64,000 bases of DNA from Aureliella sp. (GTDB taxonomy: Bacteria > Planctomycetota > Planctomycetia > Pirellulales > Pirellulaceae), in the NCBI GenBank assembly GCA_963691875.1, contig OY829846.1:4064001-4128000 (forward strand), given 5' to 3'. Position numbers and translations under genes: made by a program. Below are positions 8,610 to 18,826 of the stretch, piece by piece (positions within the stretch are counted from its first letter, which is position 1; each line of letters starts with the position of its first letter). The notes under the pieces are model-generated. The model was given only the letters and a program-made list of their open reading frames with translations. It ran no database searches and had not been told where the DNA came from.

Positions 8610-9812
8610 TTACTTTGGCAAAGCAACTTGTTCGGTGGTGCGTAGATATTTAACGAGATCCAATATCTGCTGTGGCTTCATTGCATCCAGTTGGCCGTCA
8701 GGCATCATGGATTTGGACGAGATCTTTCGCACCGCAATATCATCTTTTGCGATTGTTAGTCGTGGTTGTTCGACAGTCTTCAGTACGATTCGGGTGTCAT
8801 CCTCTTCGGCTAGCACACCGTTAACGGCCCGATCATCGAAAGTCAGAATCTGGACCATTCGATATCCTTCAGGCACGTCATAACTCGGGTCTACGCTATT
8901 GAGCAGAAAATAGTCGAGATTCGCGCGATTTGAGCCAGTTAGATCTGGGCCGATTTTTCCTCCCGCGTCATACATCACATGGCATGAGCCGCAGGTTTTT
9001 TGGAAGACTTGGCGTCCACGATGTACATCCGCAGCACCTACCGCCTCATCAGTGATCAACTTTCTGTACTTCGCAATCAGCTTCTCGCGATCCTGAGCGA
9101 GTTCTCGCACTTCGCCGTAAGCATTCGTGAATTCTTTGCCGAGCAAGTCCTTTAACGATCGAGCTACATGCGTCGGGATCTCCTCGCTGCGTAGTAGCTT
9201 GGTCTCGAGGGCTCTTACCAAGGCAGTGGCATAAAGCCGACGAGTGGCAAGGGTTTCGATGACAGCTTGCTTGAGTTCATCTGACATCTTCGGGTATCGC
9301 CCGAGCAAGATTTTCGGCGCTGTAGTATTTTTCACGATGCTGTATCCGCGGATAGCATCGAGAGCAAAGTCTTTTTCGTTGAGCAGTTCTTCCAACAGTT
9401 CTGAGGCTTCGCTGCTGCGTTGCTCCAGGAGCGTTCTTAAAGCGCTGCGTCGCTGCGCCATATCGAAGGATTTGTTACGAACCACGGCCAAAGCAGTTTC
9501 CATCGCTTTGGCGTCACCAAAAATCGCGGCTAACTGAGTCGCGAGATCGCGAACCTCGTCATTTTCACTTTTGAGCAAGCTATCCCGCGCATCCTTCCAT
9601 TTTTCCGGAGCTGGCACATTGCGCCGTCCAGCCAGCCCTGCCAAGACGCCTTGCAATAAAGCCGCTTTGGTGGTTGGATCGGGTGCATCGACTACCGCCT
9701 GAACCAGCAGGTTTAGGGTGTCCAATTCATCTGCACGGAGAGCTTGATTAAGCGTTGTGCACAGGTTAAAGCATGCCAAAGTCAGGACGATGACGGCTAG
9801 ATGAGAATTCAT
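8610..9812 (-). CDS. c-type cytochrome with PVC-type putative heme-binding domain and HEAT repeats
   Basis: Signal peptide. GRQVFQKTCGSCH, GGKIGPDLTGSNR, SVDPS, SKSMMPDG, DLVKYL. Confidence 0.9.
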   Translation of the reverse strand: MNSHLAVIVLTLACFNLCTTLNQALRADELDTLNLLVQAVVDAPDPTTKAALLQGVLAGLAGRRNVPAPEKWKDARDSLLKSENDEVRDLATQLAAIFGDAKAMETALAVVRNKSFDMAQRRSALRTLLEQRSSEASELLEELLNEKDFALDAIRGYSIVKNTTAPKILLGRYPKMSDELKQAVIETLATRRLYATALVRALETKLLRSEEIPTHVARSLKDLLGKEFTNAYGEVRELAQDREKLIAKYRKLITDEAVGAADVHRGRQVFQKTCGSCHVMYDAGGKIGPDLTGSNRANLDYFLLNSVDPSYDVPEGYRMVQILTFDDRAVNGVLAEEDDTRIVLKTVEQPRLTIAKDDIAVRKISSKSMMPDGQLDAMKPQQILDLVKYLRTTEQVALPK

Positions 9813-9941
9813 GAAGGTGAGTCGGCTGGAGAGTGTGGAGGAACAGAGTCTCTATTCTAGCAGGCGAAACACTGAAAATGGCAACTCGCTGCGTGAGCGA
9901 GGGATTTTCTGTACTGGTTAGCCTCACCTAAAGCCCCAGAG

Positions 9942-10013
9942 CAAGCCGGCGCCTTCGGCTGGGTGTTAAACAAAGGTGGGATAAGCCATCCCTCCCGCGA
10001 ACGGGAGGTTGAC
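9942..10013. repeat. REP-like repeats: family C copy (9942-9973) and CCTCCC...GGGAGG hairpin (family D)
   Basis: CAAGCCGGCGCCTTCGGCTGGGTGTTAAACAA matches 5489. CCTCCCGCGAACGGGAGG resembles the element at 16422-16487. Confidence 0.6.
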
Positions 10014-10055
10014 GAGTAATCTCAAAGCGCATCCTTGCTCCTTCGCGGCCAATCC

Positions 10056-11956
10056 TTAGCGTAGGAAGCAAGCAAACTCGAACCAGAAGTCATCGAATTC
10101 CGTGAAGATGGCGATCCACGGATTCTGTTCTTCTTGTTCACTGGTTTCTGCCAACTCGTCCTCAGTCGAGTCACCTTCTGCACTTGCTTCTGGTGCAGAA
10201 TCTAGCTCTTCGATCTCGGTCACAGGTTCGTCGATCACAGCAGATCCAATGGGCTCTTCGGATACTGTCTCGGCAGTGACGTCCGGATCAAAACATGGAT
10301 CCTCAGGCAACAAGTTCTCACCTGCGGGCCACAGGTCTTCGGCAGCGATTCCAGCGCGCACAGGTTCCGGCGTTGGAGCATTCACGTACAAAGTCGCTAC
10401 AGCAAGTTGGCTCTGCAAGTCACCTTCCGTTGCTAGATAGAGAATCGAGTCGGTGCCCGAAAAGTCAGCATCAGGCGTGAATTGAAATGAACCATCCTCG
10501 CTCATCTGCAGCTCACCATGCTTCGGGCCACGAAACAGCTCGACCTGCATGGGTTCCGCATTGGAAGGATCTTCGACATCATTGGCCAGTACGCCTTCTG
10601 GTGCTTCGACGACGAGTGTCTCACCCGCTGTGATTTATAGGACTCGTTGACCGCAACAGGATCTTCGATAACTTCATTCACCAAGACAGAGACGATAGCC
10701 ATATCGGAATCAGATCCATCCGTGGCGTGATAGGAGAACTCGTCTGTGCCAAAGAAGCCTTCTTCCGGCGTATACACCCAATTGCCATCGGCATCGACTT
10801 CGAGTGATCCATTTACTGGAGCTTGGGCAATCTCCGCCACCAAGGAATCGCCTTCGAGATCTATGTCGTTGGCTAACAGGGAGTCAGCAGCGAAGATGAT
10901 GGCGGCACCCTCGTCCGTCTCCATATTGTCGTCCGTTGCAACAGGAGCATCGTTCACCGCTTCGATGACAATCTCAGCTTCGACGATACCACTTAGCAAC
11001 TCACCATCGCTGACACGATAAGTGAATCGATCCGTGCCGTGGAAATTTGCTTCGGGCGTGTAGCGGAATCCACCATCATCCATCACTTCGAGTGTGCCGT
11101 TTTCAGGCTGACTTTCGAGAACAATCTCCAAAGACGTATCGCCGTCTGCATCGAAGTCATTACTGAGAATGACATCAGAGGCAATCTCGAGCACCGCGTC
11201 TTCTTCCATCAAGAAGCTCTCACCGGTTGTTTGAGGAGCATCTGCCATGGCCGTGACGGTTAGCTCTACGACAACCAAGTCACTTTGCTTCGCACCATCA
11301 CTGATCTGATACGTGAAGGCATCGGTGCCATAGAAATTTGGATCAGGTGTGTAAGTAAAACTTCCGTCTTCCGCAAGCTCTACCGTGCCGTTCTCGGTCG
11401 AATCCACAATCTCAACGACCATCGTGTCGCCGTTCTCGTCGAAGTCATTGGCTAGCACACCCTCTTCGGCAAGCAGCGTCAACACGCTATCTTCTTCGAG
11501 CAAGCACAGATCATTGCCTCCGACGGGCGTGATGTTGGGGGCAGTGACTTCGATGGTGACCGCCGCGAACTGGCTCTGCGAGTCACCGTCGTCTACTTGG
11601 TACATGAAACCGTCCATGCCGACAAAGCCAGGATCCGGCTGATAGAAAAACGTTCCATCGGGGTTGAAGTTGAGTTCTCCATGCTGAGGTCCGGTGAATT
11701 CGTTGGCGGTTAGGCTATCGCCAGTGAGAACATCATTAGCCAGAACGCCGCTGGTTTCGACTTGAAGTGCTTCATCGATGGTGGCTTCGTAAAAGTCGTT
11801 GATCGCGACTGGAACCAAGCCCGCAAAGACCTTTCGGCTTTCGAGCGATTCCATGCGCAAGTGATGCTTTAGCGCCTCGCGTCGTTCGGTCTCACGACCA
11901 CGACGAGAGTTTTGCAAAGCAATCTCAGAAGACTGTGACTTTTTGAAAATCCCCAT
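10056..11956 (-). pseudogene. Ig-like (cadherin/Big_9, tandem-95) repeat extracellular protein interrupted by a 1-nt frameshift near 10635
   Basis: N-terminal LRMESLESRKVFA planctomycete export motif. Repeated PVAxND...GVLAND...FTYTPDxNFxGTDxFTY units. The last repeat continues in another frame after ...VNESY (ITAGETLVVEAPEGVLANDVED...). GGAGA SD before ATG 11956. Confidence 0.8.
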
Positions 11957-12483
11957 TGGATTTCTCCGTGCTAGAAGGTGGCGTAGACCACTGTGCACGC
12001 AAACTTGCTGGTCACCGAAGCGGCTGCGCGAAATGAATTCGCGAATTGCATTCACCGTAATAACCTAGGCAAAACGTATAGTTCGATCGGATCGCGACGC
12101 GCGTGGACGGGCACCGTTGCCAACGCCGTATCAGCGAGGTATTCGATCATTGGCTGAGAGATTCAGCGTGCGAGCGTAGGGCAAAGTTGAGAAACGCAGT
12201 TCGCACGCATGATCACTTCGCGTTCGAATCGGTCAACGAAAGTGGAAGAGAACACTGAGCTCGAGAGTCAGCGCTAGCAATTGAGTTCGCCAAGCCAGCG
12301 TGTGAAGAACGCTACTATCGCGCAATCTTGCGGAAAATTCAAAAGATCTCGCTTTTGCATTTTTGGGTTCATGCCAGCGAAAATGTCCGACCGTGGCGCG
12401 AAACAATTTGCATTCTTGTTTTACGCACCGCCGGAGATATAAGCACGACGCGCCAGTGAGTGAGTCACTGAGATTGCATCTTT

Positions 12484-12515
12484 TCGTTTCACGCCGAGCC
12501 GTAGGCGCCGGCTTT
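12484..12515. repeat. REP-like family C copy (inverted relative to 5489)
   Basis: TCGTTTCACGCCGAGCCGTAGGCGCCGGCTTT is the near reverse complement of 5489-5520. Confidence 0.7.
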
Positions 12516-12593
12516 GGAATTTTGCCATAATCATCAGTCGTTGGACGAGGTCGTACTGGCTTGCGCGTACTCGTAAAGCCCCAGCGTGGCCGC

Positions 12594-13190
12594 TCAAACC
12601 TCAACGCGCAAGCGAAAAGCCCATTGCGTGGTGCTGGCACCCTCGCCGATCTGGACGGGTCGGAAACTGATTTGCTGAGACGCAATACTTGCGACCGACG
12701 ATGGCGCGATTGCTTCCAGCGTGATCTTGCCTGATGAATCCAAGGTGATCGCTTCTGAGCAAACGTCTTGGTCGGCCAACGGCTCGACACCTTCGGCCAT
12801 CCATTGATAGCTACTCGAGAGCTTCTCTGCGGCAACCGAGCTTCGACATGCTAGCTCAACAATCCAACACTTCAGGTCAGGCACAAGCGTAAAACTAGCT
12901 GACCAATGTCCTCGACCAGCCATGCCTACGCCAAAGATAACTTCTCGACCATCTGCGAAAGACTGGCTGTGGATTTGCTGTAGTGGCGGGCTACTTGGCC
13001 AAGCTTCCTCTAAGCTTGATTCGACAGAATCGAGATTCACGCTGGAATCAGGAAAGCTCCAGCGATGCAGATATCGTTCACCAGAACGCAAGAAACTTAG
13101 CAGTCCCAAGGGACCACCGTCGAGTTGCAAAGAATCGTTCTCGCTTTCGGTCATAGCCAAGTTTGTTTGCCTTCGAGAGGAGTCGGGCAA
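12594..13190 (-). CDS. Hypothetical protein (beta-rich; VESS--EAWPSSPPLQQ, GVGMAGRGHWSAS)
   Basis: 198-aa ORF with protein-like composition. The start may be the internal ATG of MTESEN. Confidence 0.7.
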   Translation of the reverse strand: MPDSSRRQTNLAMTESENDSLQLDGGPLGLLSFLRSGERYLHRWSFPDSSVNLDSVESSLEEAWPSSPPLQQIHSQSFADGREVIFGVGMAGRGHWSASFTLVPDLKCWIVELACRSSVAAEKLSSSYQWMAEGVEPLADQDVCSEAITLDSSGKITLEAIAPSSVASIASQQISFRPVQIGEGASTTQWAFRLRVEV

Positions 13191-13323
13191 TCAATTGTAA
13201 TATTTTTTTGCTGCCCCTACAGATCCCTCTGTTGGTAGCGGAAGTCGCTCTTCCTTTTCGAGCGGCGGATCCATCCTGCAATTTGGGATTCCTGGGATGG
13301 TGCGCGCTTCGGGCCTCTGGGCA

Positions 13324-14313
13324 CTAAGCACCCGTCAACTGAGCAATCACCGACTGGGTGATACGATCACTGTACGTGTTTAGCTTCCAATGTCCGGGTG
13401 ACCAACCGGATAGAAAGCGACAGAAGTCGGCCCAGGCAAAGGGATAGAGCTCACGCCACTCGTGCTCAAGCGTCGAGAAGTCGAAATCTATGTGATGAAT
13501 CGCCAAAAATGCTTGGAGTCGCTCAAAATAGAACGAAAGCAACGACTCTTGCTGCTCAGCGGCTTCCTTTTCACTCAGACAACTACTGATGAAGTAGGCA
13601 ACATCCTTCATCCCGCAGCCGCGGCCAACGTACTGAAAATCCACGGCGGCAACCTGCTCATCGTCATCGCGATCCGAGAAACAAAAGTTAGCTACTTTTG
13701 CGTCTCCGTGCACGAGTGTTTGTGACTGCGTTTGGTTCAGACGCCGATCAATTTCAGCTGCATACTCCTTTAAAGGACCATCTTCCATTGCCGCCAACTC
13801 ATCAGGCCGCGTGTCTAAGTGCCAATAAGTTCCAATCGACCAGAGACCTGACGCACCGCTGTTCATGAACTTCGCGTGGAAATTGGCAAGCCAACTCAGG
13901 CAAGCTCGAATCTCAGCGGCAGTAACCCCATGTTTCCGCGAAGAGAAGTTAGCTGAGTCAAGATCCTCCAGAACCAAAATCCAGCCACCTTGATCTTCTT
14001 TCTCATGCGCGGCGATAAACTTCGGAACTCGGCAGTGTTCATCACACTGCAACGCAAAGGCTCTATAGAAAGCCGTCTCCACCTGATAGGAACGCACCTT
14101 TCGCTGGTGCGAGATATCCCCACCCCATCCACGATGATTTTCTAAAGAGCTCGACAGATCGATGTGTTTGATAACGACTTCTTTTCGTTCCGCGCCGATC
14201 AATCGTGCTCGCTGGATCATCCCATATCCACTCCACAGGCTCTGGATCTCTTCACCCAACTCGACGTCTCGAGCACATGTGATTTTGCAAATTGTTTTGC
14301 TTAGACTATTCAC
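13324..14313 (-). CDS. APH/choline-kinase-like phosphotransferase (ecdysteroid kinase-like)
   Basis: [27 protein letters not shown] (Brenner motif), [20 protein letters not shown]. Confidence 0.9.
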   Translation of the reverse strand: MNSLSKTICKITCARDVELGEEIQSLWSGYGMIQRARLIGAERKEVVIKHIDLSSSLENHRGWGGDISHQRKVRSYQVETAFYRAFALQCDEHCRVPKFIAAHEKEDQGGWILVLEDLDSANFSSRKHGVTAAEIRACLSWLANFHAKFMNSGASGLWSIGTYWHLDTRPDELAAMEDGPLKEYAAEIDRRLNQTQSQTLVHGDAKVANFCFSDRDDDEQVAAVDFQYVGRGCGMKDVAYFISSCLSEKEAAEQQESLLSFYFERLQAFLAIHHIDFDFSTLEHEWRELYPFAWADFCRFLSGWSPGHWKLNTYSDRITQSVIAQLTGA

Positions 14314-14665
14314 TGTTCCAACTCAGCCCTCGGGAGATAGCGGTTGCATTCTGCACAAATGAGCGATCGCGCGAAGAGGAATCAAGAGAGAACGGATGAA
14401 GATAGACTTCGAACAACGGAATCATTTAATACAAGCAGGAAGCGCGAGCGACTTAATCTCTGGCAGGTTTGTAGCATCGACCTATCTAGTCTGTCCCTAG
14501 GGACGCGAAACACCTAAAAGACGTCGCCGAAAAGTCTGAACACTCAGCTAGTCGGCAATGTGACTGACACCAACGAGTTCACATAGCTCTTTTTGAAATA
14601 TCCGTGAGTCCTGGACCACCTTACTTTCTCACGGTAGCAAGGTGATGTTTATTTCATGAGCGGTA

Positions 14666-15058
14666 TCATTGAGGTGAGTCCGGTTTTTCATGATGAGCCG
14701 CTGGGTCATCTGCGAAGCTTACAAAGCAGAGGACATGCTTGAGGATGCGACGTGTGTGATTGACGTGTCGTTTCACACTTTCAAACTCTTCGTCAGTCAA
14801 TCGCCCGGGTTTGTTCAGGGTGTGATTGCTGACGCCAAGCTTGCCTAAGTCGTTCAATAGTGCGGCGCGACGCCAGTAACGATTGCGTTGTTCGTCGTAC
14901 CCCAACTCCTGCAGGATTCTAATCATCGCAACGGCAACGCCATAGGAGTGACGTGAGGTCCAACGGCTCTTGGCGTCAATGACATCCACGAAATCCTCAG
15001 CACTAGCGTCGAGTCGGTCTTCGTTCAGACTGATCTTGTCTTTCGGGCTCAAACTCAA
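14666..15058 (-). pseudogene. Decayed HD-GYP phosphodiesterase fragment
   Basis: IDAKSRWTSRHSYGVA, AALLNDLGKLGVS (HD changed to ND), LNKPGRLTDEEF, HHEK followed by a stop. No GYP motif, no C-terminal D and no credible start. Confidence 0.75.
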
Positions 15059-15152
15059 GGTTTGATCACATGAGCGAAAGCGATACGTATAGGGCTCTGG
15101 CGAAGAGGACTGCTAAAGCCTAGACTTCAGCAGATGAGTTTGCATAGTGAAG

Positions 15153-16313
15153 CTAACTGTCGGTTTGGAGGATAGCGGCAGCGTAGCCGAGGAGGTCGTC
15201 GCGCTGTTTGCAGATCTCACGCATCGACTCAAACTTGCCAAGCCGTTCGCTGAGCTGCAATAGTGTCGGAGCGATTCCCATGGTGCGAGCTCCCGTGGGA
15301 ATTCGTTTGTTGTATGCAGCGAGTGCTTCTTCATGGCGCTCACAGCGAGAGAGAAGATCAACAAGAACTTCCACCGCAACAAGTCCAAATTGGTTTTGGT
15401 CGACTGAGTCGGCCTTCTGCGAGAAGTAGCGAATGCTGGCGTCGACTTGTTGTCCCAGCAAAGCTCTGAAGAAAGCGGCGGAAGCCGGATAGAGATCCAA
15501 AAAGGGTTCCTCGCCAGGATACTGATACTGCGGATGCAGCTTCAGTCCGTACGCCGTGATGTCAAGTGCCAATTCAATGCTTTCCCGATCGTCTAGCACA
15601 CGAGCAAAGCGTACCGTCGAGGACAAGTGGCTAGTATCGAGGTGATAGGATCCATCTTTTAGCAGCTCGGGACGATCCTTGATGATGTCAGCTACACGAT
15701 TGCCTTCTGGCTCTGAGCCTTCTTGTTGCGCGATATCACGCTTCACATTGCCAAGTAGCTCTTCGTGCACGTGACGAACGAGTAGAGCCGCAGCAATCAT
15801 TTGATCCGGTCGTGGTCGCTGAGCCAGAGCGGACTCAAACATGGTAATGCTGTTGCAAGTACCCAGTTGGTCGAGTGCCAGCTGGTAGCCGCGAGCAATG
15901 TCGACGCCTTCGTGCAGGAGGACTTCCAGCATTTCCTCCGTGTTTTCGTCGTTCGGCTGAACCGCTCGCATGGCTTTGGCCGCTGCGTCGCGGTCGCCGA
16001 CAGGTCGCATGTACATCCAGCCTTCGCGAATCTGACCATCTTTCAGGAATAGTTCACCGACTTGCCTGCAGGAATCAATCAGCCCTCGTTCAAGCTTGAG
16101 TTCTAGTTCGTCGCTCAGTTTCTCTTCGCTATCAGCTTGAGCCGCGCTAAGGCCCAGCTGGACTCGCAGCCGCATCTTCAGAGCCTCAAACAACTCGTGA
16201 TAGAGCTTCTCGCCCTGTAAGTGCTCAATCAGCCGATCGATCGCCGCTTCGGGAGTACCTGCGGATACGGCGGCTTCGATGTCTTCGTAGATTGTCTGGG
16301 ATTGCGTCGACAT
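15153..16313 (-). CDS. Conserved hypothetical all-alpha (TPR-like) protein
   Basis: Long helical ORF with GTCNSIT and YHLDTSHLSSTVRFAR motifs. Start taken at MSTQSQ. Confidence 0.8.
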   Translation of the reverse strand: MSTQSQTIYEDIEAAVSAGTPEAAIDRLIEHLQGEKLYHELFEALKMRLRVQLGLSAAQADSEEKLSDELELKLERGLIDSCRQVGELFLKDGQIREGWMYMRPVGDRDAAAKAMRAVQPNDENTEEMLEVLLHEGVDIARGYQLALDQLGTCNSITMFESALAQRPRPDQMIAAALLVRHVHEELLGNVKRDIAQQEGSEPEGNRVADIIKDRPELLKDGSYHLDTSHLSSTVRFARVLDDRESIELALDITAYGLKLHPQYQYPGEEPFLDLYPASAAFFRALLGQQVDASIRYFSQKADSVDQNQFGLVAVEVLVDLLSRCERHEEALAAYNKRIPTGARTMGIAPTLLQLSERLGKFESMREICKQRDDLLGYAAAILQTDS

Positions 16314-16421
16314 GGCGGAAATCTCTGCGGAAACCAAGGCTTCGAATTCTTCGAACCCCTAGCGTTCTGGACTCATAAACGGGAAAACTGTCATTCCGTC
16401 AGGGTCTATCAAGCAAGCAGA

Positions 16422-16487
16422 CCCTCCCCGTCGCTGAGGCTCCGACCCTCCCCAAATTCCTCGCAAAACTCGGAAGGGGAGGGTGAC
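16422..16487. repeat. REP-like composite palindrome (family D)
   Basis: CCCTCCCCGTCG..CGACCCTCCCC...GGGGAGGGTG nested inverted repeats between divergent genes. Confidence 0.65.
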
Positions 16488-16562
16488 TTGGAACGGTGAG
16501 TATGAAACGGCCTGACGGAAGCGAAACAGTATAGGCGAGTTTGAGCAGAAAGACGACTTACG

Positions 16563-18488
16563 ATGGGAACGGAGAAAGCTTCTTTTGAAGGCTTGGCGGT
16601 CGCAGCTTTAGAAAGTCGGCGACAAGCGGACATGGAACGGATGATTGCCAAGTTCGGCGGCAAGCCCTTTGTGAGTCCCTCGATGCGCGAAGTCCCCATC
16701 GAAGAAAATCGCGAAGCTGTCGACTTTGCCTACGGTGTGATGACGGGCGACATCAATATCGTCGTGTTCCTCACAGGTGTTGGCTTCAAGGGCTTGTTGA
16801 AAGCCATTGAGCGAAAGTTGGATGTGCAACGCTTCCTCGATGCATTGTCCGACGTGACAACTGTGGTGCGAGGTCCTAAGCCAGCGGCAGCGATGCGCGA
16901 AGTAAAGCTAACTCCGACCATCAAAGTGCCCGAGCCGAATACGTGGCGAGAACTGCTAAAGTCCCTCGATGAGAATGTGTCGATTACCAACCAAAAAGTT
17001 GGCTTGCAGGAATACGGTACCACCAATCGAAGCTTGTTGGCTGGCCTGGAAGCTCGAGGCGCTGAAGTCATCCCACTGCGTATTTATAACTATGACTTAC
17101 CCGAAAACACCCAGCCGTTGGAGTCAAACATTCGGGCAATCATCGCGGGTGAGCGTGACCTATTATTGTTGACGAGCGCCCATCAAATTGCCAACATGCT
17201 TCGGCTGAGCGAGCAGATGGGGCTTGAATCGCAACTACGCGAAGCACTCCGCCAAATCATCGTGTCGTCCATCGGCCCGACCACTAGCGACACTCTGCGA
17301 CACAATGAACTGCCGATCGACTTGGAGCCAGCTCATCCTAAAATGGGACACTTGGTTCAAGAGAGTGCAGCGCGGGCTCATAGTTTGATTTCTGGACGCA
17401 CCATAAAAACTACCGTACTCGAAACCACAGGACGTGAAGTCATGGACAAACAAGCAGCTTGGTACGATGGCCCCTTCATGCGAGCCTGCCGACGAGAAGC
17501 TTCTTCCGTCACCCCTGTATGGTTGATGCGGCAAGCTGGACGTTACATGGCCGAGTACCGGGCAGTGCGCGAGCAGTTTAGTTTCCTCGAACTGTGCAAA
17601 AATCCCGCGCTCTGTGCTGAAGTGATGGTGACAGCCGTCGAGAAGTTGGGCGTGGACGCTGCTATCATCTTTTCGGACTTGCTGCCGATCCTAGAGCCCA
17701 TGGGAATGGACCTCGAGTTTGCCAAAGGCGACGGTCCGGTCATTCACAATCCGCTTCGTGAAGTCTCCGACGTCGATCGGGTTCAAGAATTGTCTTCGAT
17801 GGAAGAGCTCGACTTCGTGATGGAAACAGTTTCTATGACGCGAGCCTCGATGGCCGAGGAGATCCCAGTTATTGGCTTTGCCGGAGCTCCCTTTACACTC
17901 GCCAGCTACATGATCGAAGGCGGAGGAAGTCGCAACTACCATCACACAAAGTCGCTCATGTATCGCGATTTCGGTGCATGGGACGTTCTCATGACCAAGC
18001 TTTCAAAGACAATTGCAAGATACCTGAACAGCCAAATTGTTGCGGGGGCACAATGCGTGCAGCTGTTTGACTCGTGGGCGGGGTGTTTGTCCTATCAGGA
18101 TTATCAGAAGTTCTGCTATCCCTACGTCAAGCAAATCATCGACTCGATTGTGCCAGATGTGCCAGTAATTAATTTTGCAACGGGCAACCCAACATTGCTG
18201 CCGCTCTTGCGTGGCGATAGCCGAACAGTGGTTGGTATCGACTGGCGCATCCCTCTGGATATGGCTTGGAAGCAAGTCGGTCATGATCGCGGCGTACAAG
18301 GCAATCTGGATCCAGTTTCACTCTTTGCTGAACCGGAAATCCTCAAACAGATGACCAGCGAAGTTTTGCAGCGTGCTGGCGGACGCGCAGGACACATCTT
18401 CAATCTTGGTCACGGTATCCTTCCTCAGACGCCTGTCGACAATGCGATTGCTTTAGTCGACATGGTGCATGAGCTCAGCCAAAAGTAG
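16563..18488 (+). CDS. hemE: Uroporphyrinogen-III synthase / uroporphyrinogen decarboxylase fusion (HemD-HemE)
   Basis: N-half HemD-like (LESRR, FLTGVG, RGPKP, SIGPTTS). C-half PVWLMRQAGRYMAEY, IIFSDLL, GFAGAPFTLASY, QLFDSW, QGNLDP, HIFNLGHGILP. Confidence 0.95.
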   Translation: MGTEKASFEGLAVAALESRRQADMERMIAKFGGKPFVSPSMREVPIEENREAVDFAYGVMTGDINIVVFLTGVGFKGLLKAIERKLDVQRFLDALSDVTTVVRGPKPAAAMREVKLTPTIKVPEPNTWRELLKSLDENVSITNQKVGLQEYGTTNRSLLAGLEARGAEVIPLRIYNYDLPENTQPLESNIRAIIAGERDLLLLTSAHQIANMLRLSEQMGLESQLREALRQIIVSSIGPTTSDTLRHNELPIDLEPAHPKMGHLVQESAARAHSLISGRTIKTTVLETTGREVMDKQAAWYDGPFMRACRREASSVTPVWLMRQAGRYMAEYRAVREQFSFLELCKNPALCAEVMVTAVEKLGVDAAIIFSDLLPILEPMGMDLEFAKGDGPVIHNPLREVSDVDRVQELSSMEELDFVMETVSMTRASMAEEIPVIGFAGAPFTLASYMIEGGGSRNYHHTKSLMYRDFGAWDVLMTKLSKTIARYLNSQIVAGAQCVQLFDSWAGCLSYQDYQKFCYPYVKQIIDSIVPDVPVINFATGNPTLLPLLRGDSRTVVGIDWRIPLDMAWKQVGHDRGVQGNLDPVSLFAEPEILKQMTSEVLQRAGGRAGHIFNLGHGILPQTPVDNAIALVDMVHELSQK

Positions 18489-18826
18489 CAAATGAGTAGA
18501 AGCCGAGCGTAGATGTTACGGCATCGCAGAAGTACCTTCACTTCTACGGTTTTCGATTGCAAGCTAGACTTCAGTTTGGCTCCTATTGTCGTGCCGCCAG
18601 CTTTGCCGAAAGATTCTAGCGGTAAACAGAGGCGATCGTTTCACGCTCAGCAATAGTCGCCGGCTTGCCTGTCCCGTCTTGACAGTGCTGAACTCGTTAA
18701 TGGCCTAAGGCAGGGATCGTTGGTTACTGCAAAGGCGTGGAACGAAGAACTCAGTGGTAAGCACGCCGTGCGAGTAGTAGCTCCGTTTCGGACGTTTCTC
18801 ATCACTCTAAGGCGTTCATATTTGCG

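Noticed and set aside
12165..12215. c-di-GMP-I riboswitch-like GGCAAA...GAAA...ACGCA
   Set aside because: There is no stem around GAAA, and it is on the strand opposite the downstream gene.
12233..12835. 200-aa alternative-frame ORF, and the many other short overlapping or antisense ORFs in the track
   Set aside because: They overlap better-supported genes or run through REP repeats, have Arg/Ser-rich shadow composition and show no recognisable motifs.
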